Part shown: one piece after another, positions 29,192-41,358 of the stretch
Layout: each line of letters opens with the position of its first letter
Numbering within the stretch: the stretch's first letter is position 1
From: the human T2T-CHM13v2.0 reference genome, Homo sapiens
Assembly: GCF_009914755.1 (NCBI RefSeq)
Contig: NC_060927.1
Direction: 5' to 3' (one strand)
DNA: 64,000 nucleotides
Program-made: the position numbers and the translations under genes
Notes under the pieces: model-generated
Seen by the model: only the letters and a program-made list of their open reading frames with translations
The model's database searches: none
What the model was told of the DNA's origin: nothing

Positions 29192-32100
29192 GGGAGATGA
29201 TGGAGCAAGATGGCCAAGTAGAAGCCTCCACTGACCATCCTCCTTGCAGAAACATCACATTGAACAACTATCCACACAGAAAAAAACACTTTCCTTAGAA
29301 CCAAAAGTCAGGTAAGCAATCACAGCAACTGGTTTTAACATCATATTAAGGAAAGAGGCACTGAAGAGGGTAGAAAAGACAGTCTTGAATTGCCTACACT
29401 ATGCTTCTCCCATCTCCCAGCAGCAGGGGCATGGCACAGAGAGAGAATTTGTGTGTTTGTGGGAGACAGAGTGCAGTTATTGTGGAACTTTGCATTGGAA
29501 TGCAGTGCATTGCATTCACAGTGGAAAGCAACACCAGGCAGAATTCAGCTGGTACCCATGGAGGGAGCATTTAGACCAGTCCTAGCCGGGGGTGAATCAT
29601 TCATCCCCCACTTTAGCCCAAAGCGGCAGGCTGATGTAACCCAAAGAAGACTACCTCAACATTGAATAACCAAACTCCTGAATGTCAAAAATAAAGAATC
29701 CTGAAAGCAACAAGAGAAAAGAAACAAGTAACATACAACAGAAATCAATACATTTGGCGGCAGATTTATCAATGGAAATCTCACAGGCCAGGGGAGAATG
29801 GAATGACATGTTTAAAGTGCTGAAGGAAAAGAACTTTAACTTTTGAAGAGTATATCTGGTGAAACTATTCCTCAAGCCTGAAGGAGAAATAAAGACCTTC
29901 GCAGACAAACAAAAGCTGAGTGATTTCGTCAACACCAGACCTACCTTATAAGAAATGCTAAAGGAAGCTCTTCAATCTAAAAGAAAAGGACATTAATGAG
30001 CACTAAGAAATCATCTGAAAGTACAAAACTTAGTGGTAGTAGTTAACTGACAGAAAACCACTTAATATTGTAACCGCGGTTGTGGTGTGTAAAATACTGA
30101 TATCTTCAGTGGAAAGACTAAAGAATGAACATATCAAAAACAATAACTACAACAACTTTTCCAGACATAATGTAATAAGATATAAATAGAAACAACAAAA
30201 AGTTAAAAAACAAGGGGATGATGTTAGACTATAGAATTTTTATTAGTTTTCTCTCTGTTACTTTGTTCATGCAATAAATGTTAAGTTGTCATCAGTTTTA
30301 AATAATGGGTTGTAAGATGTTATTTGCAAGCCTCATGGTAACCTCAAATCAAAAATCCTATGACAGATACACAAAAAAATGAAAGGCAAAAAGTTAAAAC
30401 CTATCACAAGATAAAATCACCTTCACAAAAAGGAAGACAGAAAGGAATGAAAGAAGAGAAGACCATGAAACAAACAGAATACAAATAACAAAATGGCAGG
30501 AGTAAGTCCTTACTTATCAATAATAACATTGAATGTAAATGGGCTAAATTCTCCAATCAAAAGACAGTGACTGAATGAAAAAAAAAAGACTCAACAATCT
30601 GTTATCAACAAGAAGCACATTTCACCTATAAAAGGTACACATAGGTTGAAAATAAAGGTATGGAAATGAAAAATGAGCAGGAATAGCTATACTTGTATCA
30701 GACAAAACAGATTTAAAAAACTATAATGCTAACTATAATACTATAGTTCAAAAAACTGTAAGAGACAAAGAAGATCATTATCTAATAATAAACGGGTTGA
30801 TTCAGCAAGAGGATACAACAATTTTAAATATATATGTACCCAACACCAGGGCACCCAGATACATAAAGCAAACATTACTAGAGCTAAAGAAAGAGATAGA
30901 CCCCAACATAATAATAGCTGGAGCCTTAAACACCCTACTTTTAGTATTGGACAGATTATATAGACAGAATGGCAACAAAGAAATATCAGACTTAATCTGT
31001 AGTATACATCAAAAGGCCCTAATAGATATTTATAGAACATCTCATCCAACAGCTACAGAATACACATTGATCACCTCAGCACATAAATCATTCTCAAGGA
31101 TAGAGCATATGTTAGGCCACATTTTTTTTTAAATTGAAGCTATGTCAAATATCTTCTCTGACCACAATGGAATAAAACTAGAAATCAATAAAAACAGGAA
31201 TTTTGGAAACTGAAAAAATACACGGAAATTAAACAATATGCTCCTGAATGACCTGCGGGTCAATGAAGTAATTCAGAAGGAAATTTAAATATTTCTTGAA
31301 ACAAATGATAATGGAAACACAGCATACCAAAACCTACGGGATACAGCAAAAGCTGTACTTAGAGGACAGTTTATAGCTATAGGTGCCTACATCAAAAAAG
31401 AGGAGAAACTTCAAATAAACCATCTAATGATGCATGTTGAACTAGAAAAGCAAGAGCCAACCCACCCAAAATTAGTGGAAGAAATAATAAAGATCTGAGC
31501 AGAAATACATGCAATTAAAAGAAAAAAATACAAAAGACTAATTAAACGAAAGTTGTTTCTATGAAAGATCAATAAAATTGTAAAAACCATTAGATCAACT
31601 AAGAAAAAAAGGGGTAAGACCAAAGTAAGTAAAATCCGAAATGATGAAGGAAACATTGCAACAAATACCGCAGAAATCCGAACGATCATTAGAGGTTAGT
31701 ATGAGCAACTATATGCCAATAAATTGGAAAGCCTAGAAGAAATGAATAAATTCCTAGAAACATACAACCTACCAAGATTGAACTATGAAGAAATCTAAAG
31801 CATAAACAGACTGATAACAAGTACTGAGATTGAAGCTATAATAAGCACTCTCTCAGCAGAGAAATGCTCAGGACCCAGTAGATACGCTGCTGTATTTTAC
31901 CAAACATTTAAAGAACTAATACCAATCCTACTTAAACTATTTCAAAAACTAGAGTAATAAGGAATACTTCCAAACTGATTCTACAAGGCCAGTATTACTC
32001 TAATGCCAAAACCAGACAAAGACACATAAGAAAATACAAAACTGCAGGCCAATATTCCTGATGAACATGGATGCTGAAATCCTCAACAAAATACCAGGAA

Positions 32101-34653
32101 ACCAAATTCAACAACATATAAAAGATCATTCATCATGACCAAGTGGGATTTGTCCCAGGAGTGCAAAGATGGCTTAACATATACAATTCAATCAATGTGA
32201 TATATCCTATCAACAGAATGCAGGATAAAAATCATATAACCATTTCAATTGATGCTGAAAAAGCATTTGATACATTTCAACATCCCTTCATGAAAAAAAC
32301 CCTCAAAAAACTGGGTATAGATGTGACATGCCACAGCACAATAAAAGCAATATATAGCAGACCCATAGCTGGTATCATATAGAATGGAGAAAACCTGAAA
32401 GCCTTCCCACTAAAATCTGGAACATGACAAGGATGCCCACTTTCACCACTTTTACTCAGCATAATACTAGAAGTCTTGGTTGGAGCAATCAGACAAGAGA
32501 AAGAAATACAGGACATCCAAACTGGAAAGGAAGAAGTCAAATTGTGATGGTTGGCAGATAATATGATCTCATATTTGGAAAAACCTAAAGACTTCACCAA
32601 AAAACTATTGGAACTGAAAAACAAATTCAGTAAAATTGCAGGATACGATATCAACATACAACAATCAGTTCATTTCTATATGCAAACAACGAACAATCTG
32701 TAAAAGAAATCAAGAAAGTAATCCCATTTACAACAGCTACAAAAAAAAAATACCTAGGAATAAACCTAACCAGAGAAGTGAAAGTTTTCTAAAATGAAAA
32801 CCATGAAACACTGATGCAAGAAATTGAAGAGGACACAAAAATGGAAAGCTATTCCATGTTCATTGACTAAAAGAATGGATACTGTTAAATGTCCATATTC
32901 CCCAAACCAATCTACAGATTCAATGCAATCCCTATCAAAATATCAATGACATTCTTCACAGCATATAAAAAATAATCCTAAAATTTATATGGAACCACAA
33001 AAGAACCAGAATAGCCACAGCTATCCTGAGCAAAAAGAACAAAACTGGAGAAATCACACTACTTCACTTCAAATTATACTACAGAGGTAGAGTAACTAAA
33101 ACAGCATGTTACAGGCATGAAAAGAGACATATAAACCAAAGGAATAGGGAGAGAACTCAGAAATAATTTCATACATCTACACTCAACTCATTTTTGACAA
33201 ACCAAGAACTAACACTGGGGAAAGGACAGTCTCTTCAATAACCAGTGCTAGGAAAACTGAATATCCATATGCAGAAGAATGAAACTAAACCTCTATCTCT
33301 CACTATATACAAAAATCAAATCAAAATGGATTATTAAAGACTTAAATCTAAGACCTCAAACTATGAAACTATGAAAGGAAAACACTGGGCAAACTGTCTA
33401 AGACACTGGTCTGGGTAAAAACTTCTTAGTAATACCCCACAAGCATAGGCAACCAAAGCAAAAGTTGACAAATGGGATCATATAAAGTTTAAAAAACTTC
33501 TGTACAACAAAAGAAACAATCAACAAAATGAAGAGATAGCCCACAGAATGGGAGAGAATATTTGCAAACTATCCATCTGACAAGGGATTAATAACAATAA
33601 CGTATAAGGAACTCAACTCAGGGAAAAAATCCTAATAATCTGATTTTTAAAATGAGCAAAATATTTAAATACATATTTCTCCAAAGAAGACATACAAATG
33701 GCAACAGGTTTATGAAAAAGTGCTCAACACAATTGATCATCAGATAAATGCAAATCAAAAATACAGTGAGATACCATCTCACCCCAGTTAAAATGGCTTT
33801 TATCCAAAAGGTAGACAATAATAAATGTTGCCGAATGTGTGGAGAAAAGGGAATCCTTGTACACCATTGGTGAGAAAGTAAGTTAGTGCAACCACTATGG
33901 AGAAACCTTTAGAGATTCCTCAAAAAGCTAAAAATAGAACTATCATATGATGCAGCAATCTCACTGGTAGGTGTATACCCAAAAGAAAAAAAATTTGTAT
34001 ATTGAAGAGATATCTGCTCTCCAATGTGTATTGTAGCACTATTCACAGTAGCTAAGATTTGAAAGTAAACTAAGTGTCCATCAACAAATGAATGCATAAA
34101 GAAAATGTAGTACATATACACAATAGAGTACTATTCAGCCACAAAAAAATTAGATCCTGTCATTTTTGTAACATCATGGATGGAACTCAAGGTCATTATG
34201 CTAAGTGAAGTAAGCCAGGCACAGAAAGACAAACTTCACATGTTCTCACTTATTTGCCAGAGCTAAAAATTAAAACAATTTAACTCATGGAACTAGAGAA
34301 TAGGATGATGGTTTTCAGAGGCTGTGAAGGGTAGTGATGTGGGGAGGATGGAAGTGGGGATGGTTAATGGGTACAAAAATATGGTTATATAGAATAAATA
34401 AGATCTAGCATTTGAATGCACAAGTGACTTCAGTCAACAATAATTTATTGTACATTTAAAAATAATTAAGAGTATAATTGGATTGTTTATAACACAAAGA
34501 AAGGAAAATGCTTGAGGTGATGGATACCCCATTTACTCTGAAGTGAATATTATACATTGTATATCTATATCAAAAAATCTCAAGGGCCCCATAAATATAT
34601 ACAACTACTATGTATGCACAGAAATAAAAAATAACATTAAAAATAAAAAAAAA
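29192..34653 (+). mobile_element. L1MA (MA2/3-like) retaining both ends, with a large internal 5' UTR/ORF1 deletion; ORFs disrupted
   Basis: 5' end ggagcaagatggccaagtagaagcctcc; jump to late ORF1 near 29620; ORF2 start atggcaggagtaagtcc at 30493; EN fragment 30797-31132 (LNIYVPNTRAPRYIKQ); RT-like fragment 32143-32382; L1MA 3' UTR and A-tail. Confidence 0.9.
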
Positions 34654-34660
34654 CACACAC

Positions 34661-37232
34661 TTGGAAGTCATACCCAGAGTTATTAACCAAAAGGAAACTA
34701 TAGAGGGCATCCAAATTGAAAAAGAGGAAGTAAAGTTATCCCTGTTTGCAAATGACATGATCTTATATATAGAAAAACCTAAAGACTCTACCAAAAATCC
34801 CTTGGAACTGATAATTTTGATAAAGATGCAGGATATAAAATTAATAATCAAAAATCAGTAGTGTTTCTATAAACACAAACTAGGTGAAAAAGAAATCAGT
34901 AAGACAATCCTATTTACAATAGCTACAAAATAAATAAAATATCTAGTAATAAATTTAGCAAGGAGATGAAAGACATTTTCAAAGAAAACTATAAAACACT
35001 GATGAAATTAATTGAAGAGTGTACAAACAAATGAAAAGACATTCCATGTTCATGGATCAGAAGAATTAATATTGTTAAAATGTCCATACTACCCATATGA
35101 ATCTACAGATTCAATGTAATCTCTATCAACATACTAATGGCATTCTTCACATACATGGAAAGAGAATCCTAAACTTTTTATGAAACCACAGAAGACCCAG
35201 AATAGCCAAAAGCAACCCTGAGCAAAAACAAAAACAAACAAACAAACAAACAAACAAACAAAAAAGCTGGAGGTATCACAAGACCAGACCTTAATCCTAC
35301 AGTGCTACAGTAACTAAAGCAGCATAATGCTGCATGGAAACAGAGATACAGACCAATGGAACCGGTTAGAGAACTCAGAAATTAATCTAAAAATCTACAG
35401 TGAACTAATTTTTGAAAAGGGTGTTAAGACAACTCACTGGAGAAAGGGTAGTCTTTTCAATAAGTTTTGCTGGGAAAACTGAACATTCATATGCAGAAGA
35501 AGGAATCTAGACTCGCACTTTTCATCCTAAGCAAAAATCAACTGAAAGTGGATCAAAGACCTAAATGTAAGGGCTAAAACAACAAAACTGCAGAAGAAAA
35601 CATACGGGAAATGCTTCAGAACATTGGCCTGGGAAAAGATTTTATGAATAAGATCTCAAAAGCACAGGCAACTGAAGCAAAAATAAACAAATGAGAGTAT
35701 ATCAAACTGAAAAGTTTCTGTACAGCATAGGAAACCACCAACATAGTGCAAAACAACCTACCAAATGGGAGAATGTATTTGCAAATGACTCATTTAAGGG
35801 GTTTAATATCCTAAGTATCCAAGGAACTCAAACATTTCAGCAGATAAAAAAATGGACAAATGTCACACCTGTAATCCCAGCACTTTGGGAGGCCAAGCAG
35901 GCAGATCACCTGAGGTCAGGAGTTTGAGACTAGCCTGGCCAACATGTAGTTTCTACTAAAACTACAAAAATTAGCCAGGCATAGTGGTGGGTGCCTGTAA
36001 TCCCAGCTACTCAGGAGGCTGAGGCAGGAAAATAGCTGGAACCCAGGAAGCGGAGGTTGCAGTGAGCCGAGATCACACCACTGCATTCCAGCCTGGGTGA
36101 CAAGAGCAATGCTCTGTCTAAAAAAAATAAACAAACAAACAAAAAAACAAAAACAACAACAAAACAAAACAAAAGACAAATGATTTGAATAAATATTTCT
36201 TGATAGAAGGCATACAAATGGCCAACCAATGATTAATTAACATCACAGATCATCAACGAAATGCAAATCAATAACCATCCCAAATAGTATCACTATTATA
36301 AAAAAAAGATTTTAAAAATAGCAAATGGTGGCAAGGATAAGGAGAAAAGGGAAAGCTTATGCACTGTTGGTGGGTAAGTAAACTAATACAGCTACTATAA
36401 AGGTTCCTCAAAAACCTACAAATACAAGTACCATGTGATCCAGCAATCACATTACTGGGAATTTATCCAAAGGAAAGGAAATCATTCTACTGAAGAGTCA
36501 ACTGTACCTCCATATTTATTGCAGATATGGAATTCCATACCTTGGCTACTGTAATTAGTGCTGCAATAAACAAGGAGGAGGTAGAGATGACCATTCATTC
36601 TTCTGTGATGTGATGTATATATCACATTTTCTTTATTCATTTGTGTGTCATAGGTGTCCAACAACAAAGCTGAAGGTATCACATGTGTTGTTGTAGGTGT
36701 CCAACAAATGATGAATGAATAATGAAAATGTGATATATAGATCACATCACAGTGGAATATTATTTAGCCATGAAAAGAATGAAATAATATAATTCATGGC
36801 AACATGGATGGAACTGAAGGGCATTATGTTAAGTGAAGTAAGCCAGAAATAGAAAGTTAAACACTGCAAACTATCACTCATATATGAAAGCTAAAAAATG
36901 TTGATCTCATAGAAGTATTGTAGAAGAGAGGATACCACAGGCTGGGAAGGGTAGGCAGAAGATAGGGATAGGTAGAGATTTGTCCAAAGATACAAAACTA
37001 AAGTTAGACAGGAAGAATACATTCTATTGTTCTATAGCACTGTGGTTAACAGTATTATGTAGTTTTAAATAGCTAGAAGGAGGATATTGAATGTTCCCAA
37101 ATCAAAGAAATGATAAATATTTGAGATGATGGATATGCTACTCTAATTTGATCACTATACATTATATGTTTTGAAATATCATTATGTACTCTGAGAATAT
37201 GTACAATTATTATTTTTAATTAAAAAATAAAA
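34661..37232 (+). mobile_element. Second, 5'-truncated L1MA (MA4/5-like)
   Basis: Begins in the RT domain ([23 protein letters not shown]); 3' UTR gataaatatttgagatgatggatatgcta...aattaaaaaataaaa. Confidence 0.9.
35863..36174 (+). mobile_element. AluS-type element, slightly 5'-truncated, nested in L1MA
   Basis: tcacacctgtaatcccagc...cacctgaggtcaggagtttg; (caaa)n tail; gacaaatg on both sides. Confidence 0.92.
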
Positions 37233-37481
37233 ATCTAAGTATGAAGGTTTACGTTGTATATACAAAAGTTGGTAGAAAAACCCTTATTATCTACTTTCCA
37301 GACCCACAGGACAAACAGAGGGAGCAGATAAAACACACCTAACTACAGCTGTTTGGAAACAGGGATCATAATTTAAACTGGGATTAATGTGGATATGGAG
37401 AGTTAAGAGTTTCTTGTACCTTAACATTGTATTCTCTTCCTTTTCATTTTAATCTGACTTTTGGATTGCTGTGTCTTACAC

Positions 37482-37843
37482 CAGCGGTCCCCAACCTTTT
37501 TGGCACCAGGGACCAGTTTTGTAGAAGCCAATTTTTCCACTGACATCGGGCAGGAGAATGGTTTCGGGATGAAACTGTTCATCCCGAACAGTTTCAAGCA
37601 TTCGATTGACCTCAGATCATCAAGCATTCGATTCTCATAAGGAGCCTGCAACCTACATTGCTCGCATGCGCACTTCACAATAGGGTTTGAGCTCCTATGA
37701 GAATCTAATGTCTCCGCAGATCTGACAGGAGGCGGAGCTCAGTTGGTAATGCTGGCTGGCCACTCACTGCCAGCTATGCGACCTGGTTCCTAACAGTTTA
37801 GGGGCCAGTACGGGTCCATGACCCAGAGGGTTGGAGACCCCTG
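37482..37843 (+). mobile_element. MER1 (MER1B-like) hAT-Charlie DNA transposon
   Basis: TIRs cagcggtccccaacc / ggttggagacccctg; 8-bp TSD tcttacac / tgttagac (6/8). Confidence 0.9.
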
Positions 37844-38154
37844 TGTTAGACAATACTACAAGTAATAAAAATAATAAATAAAAAAGAATGTACTTCGTTG
37901 CTCTTTCCTAAGATAGATCTTAACTAAGGCAATTGGTAGATATTGAGTTTCTGTGTTTAAAAAGATTAAATCAATGCTACTTGATAAAATGTGTCCTGTT
38001 TTAGAGTAGTAAATCTTTGATTGAATTAATATAGGAGAAATCTGTATTAGGACTAATATGAAAGTTCAGAAAATCCACTTAAAGCAAAGCAGGCATTTGA
38101 AAATAAAAGTTTATTTATTTTTGTTAAAATGTTTTTCTCCATTTCATATATTCT

Positions 38155-38249
38155 TATTTATTGATTGATTGATTTATTATTATTATACTTTAAGTTTTAG
38201 GGTACATGTGCACAATGTGCAGGTTAGTCACATATGTATATATGTGCCA
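38155..38249 (-). mobile_element. Very short young L1PA 3' stub
   Basis: tatactttaagttttagggtacatgtgcacaatgtgcaggttag; 15-bp TSD catttca(t/c)atattct at 38140-38154 and 38250-38264. Confidence 0.9.
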
Positions 38250-38786
38250 CATTTCACATATTCTATATCAGGTGATGGGAATACTTTTTATCTTTTTCAA
38301 ATTAGGAGAAATTTATAAAACACAATAAGTGAGGTGACTGTGAAAAATGTTAAGCTTGAAAAGAATAAACATTCTATAGAATGTTTATAGAAGTTTGTAT
38401 TGTAATATTCTGTGCTCAATACTATATTAGTTTACATTTACTGTAAAATTAATTAGATTGTGTTTTTATTTATTTAGTCAGTAAATCAGGAATATTGATA
38501 GTGAATATCTTACATTGCTGTATATTCAATTTAAATTAATGACAACTGGATTTATTCAACTTTCCACAGTTGAGAAGAAAGTTATTGCAGTCATTCATAT
38601 TCATAACTTTGTGCCATCATCGGAGGGAACAAACTTTCTATTTTGCAAATGAGGCAACCAAGCCTCAGAAATATGAAAAAAGATGCTTAAAGTAATATGG
38701 CTCAAGGAAATTGAATTTAATATTTTTGACAGATTTCTATGTGTATGGCACTGTTCTAGGTATCAAAATGAATAAATATTTTTGCA

Positions 38787-39720
38787 ACCATTCATTCGTT
38801 TGTTCACCCATTATTTATTCAAAATGTATTGAGCACTGAGTATGTGTTTGACCCTAAATTAGTGCTGGAAATACACAGGTGAAGAAGCAAGAATATTTTC
38901 AAGGAGTTAGTAGTGGTCTACAGGTAGGGACAGGCACATGAAGTGAAAAACTTCAATAAAATGTGGTACATGCTACGAAAAAAATAATTAAGATGTGCTA
39001 TGTAAATACAGACATTTAGACCAACATAGTTATTTAGAGAGGAATTTCTGTAGGTGATGAAACCTTAATTAAGTTTTGAAGATACTGTAAAGGTGAAGAA
39101 CAGTGTAAAGGACATTCAAGATAGAATACAGAATGAAGAAGTGTATGAGCACCAAAAAAAGAACCCTCCTCTTTATCCATCAAATTGTTTATTCAACTAA
39201 CATTTTTTGAGCATCTAATGCATACCAGTGACTGATCTAAGAGAATGAGTCTGATAAGGTCCTGCTATTGTGGGGCTTTCATGATGGGAAACAATGAGAA
39301 CAATGTCTAAGCAAGACTTGACAAGGGCGTGAACAAGAGAAGTGACAGGAGAAGTGGAAGATAGCAAATGAATTTGTAAAACATTGAGAAGGTAAAACAT
39401 GTGTAGACCTCTTGAATGATTGAACCTGTGGAACAAGGGAGAACAAGAAGTCTAAGAAGAGTCCCAGATTTTTGGCTTGGAGAATTAGGTAGATGTTTTA
39501 CCGTTAGCTGAGATGTGGCATAGGAAAGATGAGAAAATTTTACGCATGTTGAGTTCTTGCTCTGCCTCAGAGGATATGGCTGGCAGGAAAGGAATATATA
39601 TTTCAACTAGTAATGGGGAGAACCATGGCTTAAATACAGACCTTTGGAAACAGTCAGTGGCCTTTATATAATTTAAAGCCGTAAAACCAGAGATACTACT
39701 CCTGAGCAAAGGATAATATT
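38787..39720 (-). mobile_element. L2 fragments, ancient
   Basis: cattcattcgtttg...aaaatgtattgagcactgagtatgtg and ccagatttttggcttgg are L2-like. Confidence 0.55.
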
Positions 39721-40038
39721 ATTAAAGAAATGATAAGACTTAGCTAATAAATAAAATGCCAAAAATATACCATACACATCTAACACATTTCAGGTTGATT
39801 GGAATGTTTTTATATTATTTCTAAAGGGAAGTTGCTGCACATCAAACCCAGAAAAGAATAAAAATGATCTTGTGAAAATTGAAAATCTTGAACATGTGCT
39901 TATTTGTATCTATATAAATTCAATGTCATGTTTAAATAAGTTTCAGGGTAATTCTAAATAATTCTTTGTACCTAATTAGCAAGTACATTCCTCAATCATG
40001 CCATCCATAATTGCTTTTTAGACTTTAAAAGTTTTCCC

Positions 40039-40240
40039 ATAGATGGGGACACTAAGTACTGAGTACTACCAGCTGGGAGAGGGATGGAGGAGGGCATAGG
40101 CTGAAAAACTACCTATGGGGTACTATGCTCACTACCTGGGTGATGGGATCAGTCGTACCCCAAACCTCAGCATCATGCAATATACCCAGGTAACAAATCT
40201 GTACATGTACCTCCTGAATCTAAAATAAAAGTGGAAATTA
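40039..40240 (+). mobile_element. Older primate L1 (L1PB or late L1PA) 3' stub
   Basis: gtactatgctcactacctgggtgatgggatc...gaatctaaaataaaagt. Confidence 0.85.
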
Positions 40241-40474
40241 TTACAGAAATTCTATTTCCTTCAATGGGTCTCAAGAATTTGTACTGTATCACATATCTTC
40301 ATCTCAGAGTCCTGACACTATTGATTAAATAAAACAGTACAGATTGGTATATTAAATAGTTTCAGGCTTGATCTAATTACCATTGGAATATGAAGAAAAA
40401 TTTAGATTTTATAGTTTAAGGAAATATCGGAATTGCTCATTTTATCTCCCCCATATTCCTACTCAATCTGCTAA

Positions 40475-40850
<376 letters not shown>

Positions 40851-41239
40851 TATCCATGAATTCTTAAAAATGTTTTCTGTTTTGTAAGTTCTGGGTCGCT
40901 GGTGGATTTTTCTCATCTGATAGGCCTATATGTATATATATGCATGTATATATACATGCATATATATGATGGTCATATCAGGAATAAATGTTTCTCTTTC
41001 TCTTACCCAATTTGGCACCCTAGATATGTCGATGTTCTTTCTTTTTTGATTTGTAATTAACTGAGGGCCGGAGAATTGAGAATAGTGGGAGAGGGAGACC
41101 TTAAATAATATTCAATAGACATGCCCATTTCTTCTTGGTACAAATATCATTGCTCAAAGTTATATGAGAACATAAAGTATTTCTTAAGTTTCCTTCAGAA
41201 AACATAGGTTAATTATAAAGAAACTATTCTCAGTTTTAA

Positions 41240-41358
41240 GATGGGTTGATGGGTGCAGCAAACCACCATGGCACATGTATACCTATGTAGAAAACATGCA
41301 CATTCTGCATGTGTATCCTGGAACTTAAAGTAAAATTAAAAAACAAAAAACAAACAAA
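41240..41358 (+). mobile_element. Short L1PA 3' stub
   Basis: gatgggttgatgggtgcagcaaaccaccatggcac; perfect TSD aaagaaactattctc at 41217-41231 and 41359-41373. Confidence 0.92.
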
